Notes under the pieces: generated by a model | What the model was told of the DNA's origin: nothing | The model's database searches: none | Seen by the model: only the letters and a program-made list of their open reading frames with translations | Program-made: the position numbers and the translations under genes | Shown here: one piece after another, positions 1 to 12,022 of the stretch | How the letters are laid out: each line of letters begins with the position of its first letter | Numbering within the stretch: the stretch's first letter is position 1 | Assembly: GCA_002633005.1 (NCBI GenBank) | Contig: NMRA01000172.1 | Span: forward strand, 3,825 to 67,824 | DNA from: Phoronis australis | Taxonomy: Eukaryota > Animalia > Phoronida | Direction: 5' to 3' | Length of the DNA stretch: 64,000 nucleotides

Positions 1-107
1 GGGGAAACCCCCCTCCCGACCTCCCCCCTCTCGGCGCCACGTGCCTCGGATTCGACCTTTGCGGGAATCCTAAACCCCCCCTTACTGAAAACGTAGATCC
101 GCCCCTG
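1..107. mobile_element. End of a GGCGGATC-type non-autonomous DNA transposon (MITE)
   Basis: Ends in GTAGATCCGCCCCTG after C-rich tracts. Similar termini occur at ~650-674, ~39075-39098 and 23521-23535. Confidence 0.5.
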
Positions 108-359
108 GTTGAATAGTGTTTGTATTGTGCACTTTAAGTTACTTATTATGGTAAAAGGTTGAATCATTTTGGCTTAATGAATAAAAAATTATAACATTTT
201 GTATTGGGCTTCTCATACTTATGTGCTCGAACGAGCCCCCTATTTGGAGAAATGGAAAAAGGTTTGCCTCAGTCAGAGAAGCACGAACTCCGAAAAAAGT
301 AGCTCTGAACATACCCAAGTGAATCTTATAGTAAAAGGTAGACATTCCCAAAAATTCCA

Positions 360-674
360 GCCCCCCATTTTTTAGGCTAGGTGCGCTCATGCAAAGTCTA
401 GGTAAATGCCCCCCCCCCTAAACTTCTACCAGATACCATTTGGCAGTTCAGGTGCAAAGTGCTGACTAGCACATGCGCGCAACCAAGGGGGTAAATAAAC
501 AATGCATAGGCCCTGAACAAACCCCGTTTACATTTTTTTTAGTCAAAAGGTCTGCAAACCCAAAAATTCGAGACCTCCTGCATCCCTACATTTTAGGCTG
601 GGCGCGCGCATCTGCCGAAATTCTGGTGATTTCTGTGCCCTGCCCCCCAACTCAAAATCCTGGATCCGCCCCTG
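360..674. mobile_element. Clustered MITE fragments (CATGCGCGCA-type and GGATCCGCCCCTG-type ends)
   Basis: ATTTT(TT)AGGCT.GG.GCGC.CAT at ~367-391 and ~590-611 is the reverse complement of 39352-39380, and related to 53735-53960. Confidence 0.45.
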
Positions 675-1152
675 CTAAGGGTAGCCTTGGCGCAAAGCTG
701 TATAGGCCTACTAACAAGCTGTATGTTGACGACAGTCTTCTCTGGCAGCTGGCACTGAGGTTAGCTAAGGGCTGCCGCGGCAGTGTGACACAGGACTAAC
801 CAGCCCGTAATTTTATGCAAGTGTCTGAAACTACTTTGAATATATACGGCATTTATGATTTGAACATTTTACTTCGACAAAACAGCTTGCAACCGCATGC
901 CTTTACCGTTCGCCAGTGTCTGGTCTCGATCCCAACCGGGTCCGATATAGGCTGCGGTGCAGAGTCTGGCAAAATAATTTCCGTCAAAATTTATACGCCA
1001 CATTTCTTTAGCAAATTCGATAAAATTGTTCGTATTTTGATATCATTAAAATTAAAGCGCGCTGTCGATTATTTTATCCCCGTTTGCAGGCTGCCAACAG
1101 GCACTGCCGCACTGACGGCGTTTTCTTAGCCTGGGTTCCTAAATGAATTGTA

Positions 1153-1190
1153 CTTCCGGGTTCGCGGTAAGTTCAAAATGGCGGTGAGTT
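1153..1190 (+). promoter_or_regulatory. Promoter/first-exon-like segment with ETS and YY1 motifs and a strong splice donor
   Basis: CTTCCGG (ETS-like), then AAAATGGCG (YY1-like; ATG at 1179) followed directly by GTGAGT, in CpG-rich sequence. No downstream coding exons recognised. Confidence 0.35.
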
Positions 1191-3708
1191 CTTCGGGTGC
1201 GAATCGTGAGTGGGGCGTTAATTAAAGCTTTATTCGATTACGGTTTGTGTATTAGTTATGAGGTAGGTACTTCTCAGATCCTTATAACATCATCTAACCA
1301 TGTTACAAGGGTTAACAACGTGTGAGACCAGGACTTTAAAAGAATGTTCGCGAATGGATCAGGCAGAGGGTGATAAACGCTATGTTACAGATTCTCATTA
1401 TATTTTCAGGGAAGGGGAGGGTTCAGAACCCGGACCGCGGCTTTCCGTTTTTTTTTTTTTTAGTCCAACAGCAGATTTCCCGAACAGAAGGGTCACAAGA
1501 CCGGTCCCAGCAACTTTCGGGTCTCTAACACAATCACGCTTTGCCCAATTCCCCGAGACGTCATCGTCGCGTGTTGGGCCCCCCCCCCTTACGGTATCCT
1601 ACATCCGCCACTGTATGACACTGTCCCCATTGACTCCAGACCACCGTTATTTTTTTCCAAAACGCCTCCCTTTGGTTTCCATGGATACTATTTGTTTCCG
1701 GTAAGTTTTGAGCCTGGCGGCAGTTGAGTTTTAGTAAAATTTCGACAGTTACGTTACGCAGTGGAAGTAACGTTGAAATATTGAACCTGTGTTATTGATC
1801 AGGTGTGACCTTTGACTACTTTATTCATGCAAATTTCAAATATTTCAATAATTTTTTGTCTATTTTTAGAGCCCCATAAGATGAGTACTTTTAGTGATTT
1901 TTGAAACTGTCAAAATTGGCTAAATTCGTATCCCGGTATCTCACCTGGTACAGGTTTCAGAACATTTTAGTACCAACCAATTTGTTGAGCTAACTTATAT
2001 CTACAAAATAAGACAAAAAATCCTCTGGTGCTAACGGATTTCATGTCATTTGAAATCGAAAGTGACTGGTAGTTATGCCGTTTCACCACAATGAATAATG
2101 CCGACAGCCGTTAACAAAAAGTGAATATTTGCTACTAGTTGGGCCGCAAACTGCGAGTTAATTTATCATTCAATTAAATTTCGTATTTTCTAGGCACCGA
2201 GGGTACTCTACTTTGTTTCTGAAAAGTGCTCGTAGACCTGGAATTAGTATACTTACAAGACAAACATCAGTAGTTTTGGCAGGACACCTTTTGCGAGAGT
2301 CGGAATTCAAATCTCACTGGTTTTACAAAGCTCAGTAATTTTATTCGCTCGGCTAAGAAAACAAAACACCGCCTATAAATCATTTTCATAACATTTTCCT
2401 TCAAAAATCGTGGTTGCCCCCTCCCCTCTTGCGACTTTCCAAATCTTACAGTGTTGTATGAACAATATCACTTATTTTGATTTTATCTGTGATTGTCCTG
2501 TTAACAAAGAAGATGTTTACTGTGAGATAGCTCTGGAGTTTGTCTGAACAAACGTTATTTTTGCGGCATCTTCAAGTGGTTTTGATGCAGAGCTTTGAAA
2601 GCGGAGGACAGTGTTAAGGTGAAAGATTCATTGGAAATTACAGGCAAAGGTAAAACCACTGGTGACCAGATTTCCCTGGACGTTATATAGCCGCCGGTGG
2701 GCCAATAACTTCACTTTTTGGAGTGGTATGGTTGTCTAGTGTTACCATTTTGCTATGTGTATGCAGTTTGTTGTGACTGACACAAGTGAAAAATGGTAGA
2801 CTTTCAAGTAGCAACAGGGGCTGACTACATGGAACCAGCTACCAGTGAGAAGACACTTCATCTGCGCCGTGGGAGGCACAGAGGAACGTACTTGAGTAAG
2901 TGTGTGTGACTAGTTGTGAGAAGTCTAAAGAGTGAATTCATAGTACTTCCCAGTCCTCCAGAGGGCAACGGTATCCTGTTCGAGGTGATCGGCTGTTACT
3001 TGACTACAATGCCTCTTGTTGGAAGCATGGTCAGATTTTCATCGACTACAGAGGTCACGTGAAAGAAGTGAGGATGATAAAGGTTGTTTTCAGTATAAAG
3101 TCCATAAGTACACGACAAGTATCATTGTATTGCAGCTCATGTTTTTCCATGACTTCCCAGCAGACAAACAATATACAGCATAAAAACTTTGGTCTGGACT
3201 TGATATAGCTTCTTCATGCACATTGATTTCTAACTGCTTAGTCTTTGTGGTGCTTTAATTGCAAGACCGAACCAACTTTTCTTAGGCAAAATCACAGCAG
3301 AGATATCTAAATGTGGTAACTGATCTAAGTGCTAATGGACCGACTCAAACATGACACTCCTATGTTAACTGTTCAAAATACAAGCGACCTCGCTAACATG
3401 TACTTCCTCATCCCATACGGTACACGTACCTCCTCAGTCTGTACATACAATGTTGGACCACTTTAAAGTAAAAAGTGATATTCAATGCGGCTAGAATCTG
3501 GTTTAACGCTCATCGCCCAGTTAATTTATACAAAGTAGCATGGAAATTACGAGATATCTAAATGTTGAAATATCTAAATACCAGTGAATTGGCTCAAGCA
3601 TGACACTCCTGATGTTAGAAATTCACAATACAGGTGACCCATCATCACATACCGTAGAAATAACTCGTCATTCTGAAGAAACAATTTAAAGTCAAAAATG
3701 ATATTTAA

Positions 3709-4500
3709 AGGAGAATATCACCCGATTTAATTAGTCTTTTTTGCCGTCTTAATCGGTCTATATCCACATCGCCTCGCATACGGTCGACCTTACCTCGTCA
3801 AGAGGTGTCGCGTTAACCTGTGAGAAAGGTGAGAAACGACGCTAGCGACGTCAGTGGTTAATATGCAGAGTGAATGCCACTATGTTGCGGTGCATCGTTC
3901 CCGCTTGTCCGAACTAAGCAGCTTCAAGGAAAGCGGGTATATCGTTTCTTTTACTTCCTCGAGAGTCCGAAATATTTAGGAAGTGGCTCATGGTAGTGAA
4001 GCATGAAATTTACGCTGTAAATAGCAAGTATGAGGCCGTGAAACATCTCCGTGTCTGTGGCCTGCAGACGTCGACAGTGTCTGACGAATGCCGTCTTACA
4101 AAATAACTCCCTACGTTCCGTTGTCTGAGCTTGTTCACGGCGCCTCACTAGTATTTCGTCATCATTGTATTCTTGTTCGAATTGATAGCCTTTAAAACTT
4201 AACAGTCCACCTGCGAAGTCGGGACTGATGAGCTCTAGCTCGTCCTAATTCGGGATTGCGAGTTGCCATGTTGGCGTTTATTACTGGGCGTTCTGTTTCA
4301 AAATGAATTATTCTCACCCTAAAAAATACTTATATAAAACTCAAACAAAGTCTGTCTCATTAGATGCAATTTGTAATGCCTTTGGAGTGTTTGTGAGTGC
4401 AAATAATTTGAGAAGCCAGCAATGAATAATTCACTGCGTTACCGGCTTTAGGTGCAATAAAACTAATTGGCGGGACACCGAGGCCGTGTGAGCTCGTGTA
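3709..4500 (+). mobile_element. Kolobok-like DNA transposon end with a degenerate THAP domain
   Basis: TTAA (3705-3708) followed by an AGGAGAA terminus. Reading frame MLRCIVPACPN*...GISFLLLP...RKW from 3882. Inverted homolog at ~27330-28116. Confidence 0.65.
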
Positions 4501-4722
4501 TGCAGATTTTAAATCTGGTATGTATGTCAACGTGTGTGTATGCCATACTTTCATGATATCTTATTAATATGTGTTTTTCTCATCTTGTCATGTGTTTGGT
4601 TTTTCATTATTTTATTGTTCGTTATTGTATTATTTGTGTTTTTTATGTTATTATTCACAGTCGGTGATATTAGCCTTCGGCTAGTGTTTGTGTGTTTTTG
4701 TCAAACTGGCTATAAATAAAGA

Positions 4723-4770
<48 letters not shown>
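4723..4770 (+). repeat. (GATT)12 microsatellite, probable 3' tail of a truncated non-LTR retroelement
   Basis: Perfect GATT array preceded by AATAAA (4715-4720) and a T-rich stretch. Confidence 0.8.
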
Positions 4771-4772
<2 letters not shown>

Positions 4773-4787
4773 GTGAATATGCCATAA

Positions 4788-5950
4788 GAAGACCTTGCTA
4801 GACTAGGCGAGGTGCCGTACCCCAGACAAACAGCAAGTCAACCCTATTCCTGTAAAGTCATGCCCGAATTAATTGATCGTGTAAACCTTTGTTAAAAAGT
4901 ACTGAGCCTGTAATTATTTCTACGAGATTACTGAGGTTCTTTGCACTGGAAACACAATGGTAATGGTAATGGTAATGGGCTGTCTGCACGTGATCAAGGG
5001 GAGAAGTAATTTATTTTTTGAGGCAATGAATGAGCATTAATTGTTTTTCAAAATATCACTAAAAACCTGACATAATCTGAGGAAACATTCAAATTTTCAT
5101 GAAGTGAGTCAGTTTTCGAGATGTAAAAACTGTGGATATCCACAGCAATGTCAAAAGTCTTTGAAAGATGAAAAGGGGATATTTTTGCCAATTATTGTTG
5201 TACCAGGGGGATAAAACATCAAAATCATTAAATCATTACAAAACTTCATACGACTTTTTTACTAGGCTCCATATTCCAGTGACGAGCGTCATGTAGTTCC
5301 TACCTTCACTGTTGACCACAACAGCTGCACTAATCACGCCCTTTATTCAGTTGTCCAATTCAGAAACTGGACATTTTACACTGCTCACATGAGGGGATAT
5401 GACGTCATATCCCCTGTCACAAGCACTGCGAAAGTATTTGTTAGTGCAAGAAAGAGGTAAAAAGCAGGTAAAAAGACAACAATTGCCTCTTGAGGTGTCC
5501 ATCTATGTATAAATGTACTTATAGCAACATGACGTTTATGGTTTAATCGTTAGGCATAGTTCGCCAAAAAGCTCCGGCTGTATGCTGGGATGCAGTATCT
5601 TGATTGCGTCTAGTGTACTTGTTCGACACTTGGTGTCTCTGGTGTGGTGTAGCTAAGGATGTTGGGTAATAAAAACATGGTTGTTGTCAGACGTGACTAG
5701 TTTTCTCTCTGACTTTACTAACCAAGTTACAGCATGGGACAATGGGAAAGCCACCGTCTCTACTAGGGCCAGTGGAGACCCTGGTACTGTCCACTGCCTG
5801 TTCCAGTTTCACTGCCCAGTTGAGACAGTGGTGCTCTCTAGTTTGCTGATTGTGCATTTTGAATTCTATTCTTAATTTAATCAAAACTAAATCAGTTACG
5901 TTGACATGGTACGACATGCTAGTAGGTGCAAGGAATTTTGTCTAGCAGTG
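4788..5950 (-). pseudogene. Partial degraded duplicate of the DYNLRB gene (intron 2, 3' part of exon 2, intron 1)
   Basis: Collinear similarity to ~36337-36680, 37136-37333, 37565-37850 and 38270-38350. 5304-5343 copies the ...KGVI..VVVNSEG exon end with its donor. Confidence 0.75.
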
Positions 5951-8203
5951 TCTATACCAGTTAGCCACCACTCCTTTTTCTTTTCACTGTGTTCACTCCC
6001 TCGTTTTCAAATGATACTCCATTGAAATTACGTCATTCCCGTTGAGCGGCAGATTGGGCGGTCTTAGTGAGTGTCTCATTTATAAGTTATATAAGCAAAT
6101 TAATGTGATGTGCATTAGCAGCTTTCATTCATAATGCATAATGTTTAAGTGGTACATGGTGGTTCGTAGCAACACCAATTGTTTTCACGCCGATATGTCG
6201 CAAATTCAGTAAAAGGATTTCCCCTGGCGGCGCGTTTGATTGCTAACTTTTTGAATGACGCATAATTCAATTTGCCACCAGACTTTGAAATTATCAGAGC
6301 TTCTCGCTATTTCACTTGTACTTGCACTACAGGCCTAAATATCCTGTTTAAGTGCCCATACAGCATGAGCGGATTAGCTTATTCATATCTGTGATAAACG
6401 CATGTCTGGTACTATGATCCCTGAAGTCCTTGAGAATACGTCACAACCCTAACGGAGGTAACTAGCTTATTCAAAATTAATTATTGTGCTTCTGAAGAGT
6501 TCGAGGGGCAGGAAAACCTGATTGGTTGATACCAACAGTCGAGCAGCCGCAGCATTTCGACAAGCATTGTCCACTGCCTATACTGCAACAACGTAAACTA
6601 CATCAAGTGATGAACTGCAACCTCGTAAGCTCGTTTCGCGATTTTCCTTCGTACTCTACTAAAAAATTCAATCGTAGTTGTCGGTCGTAACGTTGTCCTA
6701 TTCTTAGTGTGACAAGGGCTTTTAAAAGAAAAAAACTCACGCCAGTTTTATAAACTGATGCGGTCTAGATAAATAGTTATTTTTGGAAGACAGTACTGAG
6801 GTAGACTACAAAACATAACCCTAAACGTATAGGACAACGAATTGAACGTCTTGACTCAACCCTCAAACTTCTAAATCTGCCCTTAAAACATAAAATAGGA
6901 TGAAGAAAATGTTAATCCACTGCAATTGACTGTATTATTGTCATTTTTTCTTTATTTTGTCACTGCTTTACACGATTTTTTCAAACTATCATATGTCTAT
7001 GAGATAAAATCAACTGACGTCACCGTAACATACGTTGTTTTCACTTTTACTATAAGTCATTATTTGTGGTTAGTCGTAATTAAACTCTCTTTTTACCCCT
7101 AGAAATTATTTAAGTACCGTTCGCACTACAAGTTATCCCATAACAATTAAGTTACTCCTGAAACCACTTGTTGCCAGGTTTTGCCAAGCAACTTACATTC
7201 TCATTTACATGCATACGGTTGTCTGTGTATCCGTCGCGAGACGAAGGTGTATAGTGTAGTGTGAAAAGTTGCCTGATTTGGGGTCAAGTTGTTCCAGAGC
7301 AAGTTTTAGAGAAATTTGTAGTGTGGACATGACTTACGTTTCCTTAACTAGTCTGAATCGATAAATGATATTTCACTCGTTAAATATATTTATGTGAGAA
7401 TATGGACTCGTCCCTCTTATACCCCCATCTTTCGGACTGGTCCAATAACCCCTTGTGTAGATTCGCATGCGGTCCTCCTGCACTCGAGGCACTAGGACAT
7501 TCCATTTCCAGCCTCACTATTGGTTCGTTTGTATTACTGCCACGAGTTTGGTCAGCTCCTGGCTCCCATAGGCTGATGATTGTCACGTGTCATAGGGCTC
7601 CTTTGTTCTCAAGAAAGTTGTATTTTCTGCCATCAGTACTTCGCTTTAGCAGCACTTAGGTTCGAGCTAATCTCTCTTCATTTTTTCCCACCCTCGACCA
7701 CCCTCTCTTTTGGGTAGTTCCTCTTACCTGAGTGCTGTCGCTTTTTATTGCCCATCTTTCCAGAGATTATTATTTTATCTTTATGTTATTTGTACACTCA
7801 TATTTCTGTACCTTATCAGTCATAATGAATGACCTTATATCGCCTATACACGGTCTCCTTTGTATCTCTGGAAACGGAGCTTGCGACGCACCTATTATTT
7901 TCGGGACATATTCCGAGCATAAATAGATTCTGTCATACAGCGTTCACGTGTGATCAGACATCGACCATTAGCAGATGGCAATTAAGTTCGACTGTTGCAA
8001 GAATGCAGGCCTCTATATTTTTCAAAGGCAGTGTTGAGGTCGACGGAATTGCTCATTTACCGACACCATCTTTCCAGAAAACAACATCTTCACGATCAAC
8101 GCTAACGTGTTGTCAGATAATGGATAGCAACATACAATGTAGCCATGTTGTTCAAGGTGCTTCAAAGTCCTGGTTATCTGTGCATTGTTAAGTTTTCTAA
8201 CAG

Positions 8204-10592
8204 CGCCACCATTGGTTTCCCATTTATTACTTTACGCGAGTTATTCGTTTGACTATTTTTGTTAGTCCTTCCGGTTTCGCCATTTGCAATAAATAAACAC
8301 AAGTATTTTGAGTTCACACATTTACTCTCATTTTACTGGCGTGGCGGCAGCGTGTTCTTAACGAACCATGGCTAAGGCACCCAAGCAGTGGTGTCTGACG
8401 AAATCTGAAACTATAAACTCCTTCGACAATTGGAGACATAATGTAACCTATGTTTTATCACTGGACGCTAACTTTGCTGACTTTTTGCAAGGCGATTTTA
8501 CTTGGGACAAGGCAAAGGTCCCTCTACGAGGGTTGTTCAATGACCCGGACACTGTTCCTGAGGCGCGGCGCCGAACCGCCGCCCAAAAACTAACTCATCT
8601 GAACTTAATGTTGGGACAAATCGCGAATTTTTGTCCAGTTATTTCACGTAACACCATCATTAAGCAGTCAACATCGCTTGCCTCTATCTGGCAAACCATA
8701 CGTGCTCACTATGGGTTCCAAACGTCGGGTGGACACTTTTTGGACTTTGCTGAAATACGCCTTCTTCCCGATGAGCGTCCGGAGGACTTATACCAACGCA
8801 TTATGGCATTTATTGAGGACAATCTTCTTGGTCCTGACAATACTATACTACACCATGGGTTACCCATCACTGACGAAGACGAAATGTCTCCCACCCTTGA
8901 AAACCTAGCTGTCCTGACGTGGCTCCGCCTCGTAAACCCCGGACTTCCACGTCTCGTACAACAGCGTTATGGTCCCGAGCTGAGATCCAAGACCCTGGCT
9001 TCTATCAAACCTGACATCTCCCAGTCTCTACAGGCTCTACTTGACGAACTCCAGTCATTAGAAGACGCCAAAGTCATGAGATCGGCCTCTGCTCCCCGTC
9101 GTACCCCATCTCTTCCCAGCCGTCGACCAACCAAGAGTTGCGCTCTTTGTAAACAGGCCCGCCGGTCGCAGTTCGATCATTACCTGTCCCAGTGCCCGTT
9201 TCTGCCTGCGGAAGACAAGCGTTACTTCTCGAAGGTACGATCATCTGAGGTCGACGATCCCGAAGACTCTACAGATCTGTTTGATGTAACTCCCCCTGTG
9301 GACCCAGTTGTTCATCGTGTTCACATTGTCCAGTCCCCATTTCTCGATGCCTTTTGTAATGGCCATAGTGTACGTTTGACCCTTGACTGCGGTGCCACAG
9401 GCAACATGATTCGTGAGTCTTGTGCCAAGTCCCTTGGTGCGGTTATTGCCCCCAACACTCAGTTTGCATATCAGGCGGATGGTGTATCCCCCCTTAACGT
9501 TATTGGTGAAACCAAGATTTTGTTCACCCGTGACTGCCACACTCTTACCTTTGAGGGATTGGTAATCAAGACGTTGGATGTCGATGTTCTCGCAGCCACC
9601 CCGTTCATGGTGAAGAATGATATCTCTGTTCGACCAATCAAGAAAGAGGTCAGAGTTGGTGATGACAGTGTGTACCTTTACAACCATACTCAGCCACGAC
9701 CAAAGCAGACTCTCGTCCGTCGTACTCATGTCTTGCGTTCCCCTCCTCAGCGTACTGTTGTTTGGCCAGGAGAAACCCTTGACCTTGATGTGCCTGCCGA
9801 ACTAGTTGGTCAAGATTACGAAATTGCCATTGAGCCCAGATCCGATTCACCGAGTGCTCGTCGGTGCAGTGCCAAAGNNNNNNNNNNNNNNNNNNNNNNN
9901 NNNNNNNNNNNNNNNNNNNNNNNNNNNNNNNNNNNNNNNNNNNNNNNNNNNNNNNNNNNNNNNNNNNNNNNNNNNNNNNNNNNNNNNNNNNNNNNNNNNN
10001 NNNNNNNNNNNNNNNNNNNNNNNNNNNNNNNNNNNNNNNNNNNNNNNNNNNNNNNNNNNNNNNNNNNNNNNNNNNNNNNNNNNNNNNNNNNNNNNNNNNN
10101 NNNNNNNNNNNNNNNNNNNNNNNNNNNNNNNNNNNNNNNNNNNNNNNNNNNNGATGTTCTTCCTGGAGTAAACCTGAGTCAACCTTCCCACACCTCGAAT
10201 GATGTTGTTCCTACCAATGATGCGGGTCATACTAGCAGCGGTACACTTGACGTGACGGGAGACGTTCCTTTGCGACGCTCTTCCAGGACCAAACGTCCTC
10301 CAACCTACCTTCAGGATTTTGTGGTTGATTAAGTGTTATGGTATACTCCCTGGACTTTGATGGTACCGATCCTAGTTCAAGTGTATTGCATGTATTGTGC
10401 TAATTTTTTCTTAGGACTGATAAGTGTTACTTCAGAGGACTTAAAGAGACATTACGCCACTATTGGTTTCCCGTTTATTACTTTACGCGAGTTATTCGTT
10501 TGACTATTTTTGTTAGTCCTTCCGGTTTCGGCATTTGCAATAAATAAACACAAGTATTTTGAGTTCACACATTTACTCTCATTTTACTGGCG
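8204..10592 (+). mobile_element. LTR retrotransposon, Gypsy-related/Troyka-like, with paired 138-bp LTRs; interior interrupted by an assembly gap
   Basis: LTRs at 8204-8341 and 10455-10592 differ at 3 positions. Termini CGCCA...TGGCG. CAG duplicated at 8201-8203 and 10593-10595. PBS-like TGGCGGCAGCG at 8342-8352. Confidence 0.92.
8368..10332 (+). CDS. Gag-protease(-pol) polyprotein; RT/RNase H/integrase core not visible (gap 9878-10152)
   Basis: Gag-like N-terminus (PKQWCLTKSETINSFDNW), CX2CX9HX4C knuckle (CALC...H...C), aspartic protease motif LDCGATG, and a pol-type tail RRSSRTKRPPTYLQDF after the gap. Confidence 0.88.
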   Translation: MAKAPKQWCLTKSETINSFDNWRHNVTYVLSLDANFADFLQGDFTWDKAKVPLRGLFNDPDTVPEARRRTAAQKLTHLNLMLGQIANFCPVISRNTIIKQSTSLASIWQTIRAHYGFQTSGGHFLDFAEIRLLPDERPEDLYQRIMAFIEDNLLGPDNTILHHGLPITDEDEMSPTLENLAVLTWLRLVNPGLPRLVQQRYGPELRSKTLASIKPDISQSLQALLDELQSLEDAKVMRSASAPRRTPSLPSRRPTKSCALCKQARRSQFDHYLSQCPFLPAEDKRYFSKVRSSEVDDPEDSTDLFDVTPPVDPVVHRVHIVQSPFLDAFCNGHSVRLTLDCGATGNMIRESCAKSLGAVIAPNTQFAYQADGVSPLNVIGETKILFTRDCHTLTFEGLVIKTLDVDVLAATPFMVKNDISVRPIKKEVRVGDDSVYLYNHTQPRPKQTLVRRTHVLRSPPQRTVVWPGETLDLDVPAELVGQDYEIAIEPRSDSPSARRCSAKXXXXXXXXXXXXXXXXXXXXXXXXXXXXXXXXXXXXXXXXXXXXXXXXXXXXXXXXXXXXXXXXXXXXXXXXXXXXXXXXXXXXXXXXXXXXDVLPGVNLSQPSHTSNDVVPTNDAGHTSSGTLDVTGDVPLRRSSRTKRPPTYLQDFVVD

Positions 10593-12022
10593 CAGAATAA
10601 ATGCATTGAATAAATTCAAGTGAATAGTTAAGGTTTAGCATGCACATACTCCGAACCTGTTTTTTCTGTGGACTTCATCTTAGGGAAGGTTAAAGTTGTT
10701 TTAGGTAGGCATTTATTTCAACATGTAATGCCTTGGTCCACATGATACATAAAATTTACAGGATAACGGTGAGCAGCTTTTCCCTGAGGGCAGTGGAGTG
10801 AAATACAAATTTCATTAGATTAATCATAATAATAGGCTCCGACATTTTCATTACCTTCACAAATTTTTATTTATTACTTTATTATTTTGGGAGTCCCACC
10901 GAGTACATGTTTGACCTTTCTTCCAGTAATTCTGAGACTCCGAAGAAATGATGTGCAGGATCAAATAAAATAATAACCAAACACTGTATTTTCTACAACC
11001 TTTTCCAAAATGTGAAGGTTAAACAAGCTATCCGACTCGGAGAGTATCCAAAAAAGAAAGTCAATACAGCAGCGAAGTTTATTGTATACTACTATGTTGT
11101 GTGTGTATATGGATTATTAGAAAGCGATTGCGTGCTGGTTGCCGGAATGAAACTAAGCTTACGTGACCGGACGAATCGCGGTTCCGATAGACAAACACCC
11201 TGTGCAGTTACCCATACGCTCAGAGCAAATACCGACAGTGCTAGTCTACATACTTTCTACCACAGGCCTAATCATAAAAGGTCCCATTGGAAAAATAGCA
11301 GTTTGTAGCGGCACAGTGTATACCAGGGATTTCCATTTTCAAATGAAGATGTACAAACTATTCGCTTCAACTGAGCTTCAATGTATGAACAGCCGCGTAC
11401 ACCTGGTGATGAATTGCCGCTTGTTCGGGCTCACGCCATTTCATGGCACAACAACGACGAACCTGTCTACATTTCATTAAATGGAGCCAAGTTTTATTGG
11501 TGGATAAATAGCGGTTTGCTGCGTGATGAACAAGAATACGCGAGTCTTGTCGGCGAGATCACGTTTCCGTAAGTCAGTGACTCGCACATACGTATTCCAT
11601 ACCATTTGATTATTTAATTCTCATCAGAAACTACAGAAAAATATGTGAATCACATTAGGAAGGTGGAATTATTTCACTTTGGGCTTTATTATTTGACGTG
11701 AATTCCCTGGCGGGGGTTCCACTAAATGTATGTCCTTTTATTTTTCCTTCTCCGTAAATCGGTGTTTCCTTACGCATCGGAAAGCCATCGTTCAGCTTTT
11801 GTTACCGAAGAATGTTTGTAGGCCTAAGGTATATGAATAATCGATGTACTTGTCATTTTACAGGGCCCTGACTGCCTGGAATTAATATATTGACTGACTT
11901 CTCGAAACTATTATTCATAAAATTTTGTAACAAAAGGTGGCCGTGCGCTTCGTGCTTTGCACACCAATTAATTTTGTATGGGGAACAGTGCGATGCTGAA
12001 CATTTAGTGCACCAACGGTATC

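Noticed and set aside
4534-4719. Hydrophobic 61-aa 'membrane peptide' ORF
   Set aside because: Low-complexity T-rich sequence leading into AATAAA and (GATT)n, typical of a retroelement 3' UTR.
9806-10230. Alternative-frame ORFs across the first gap
   Set aside because: N-run artefacts.
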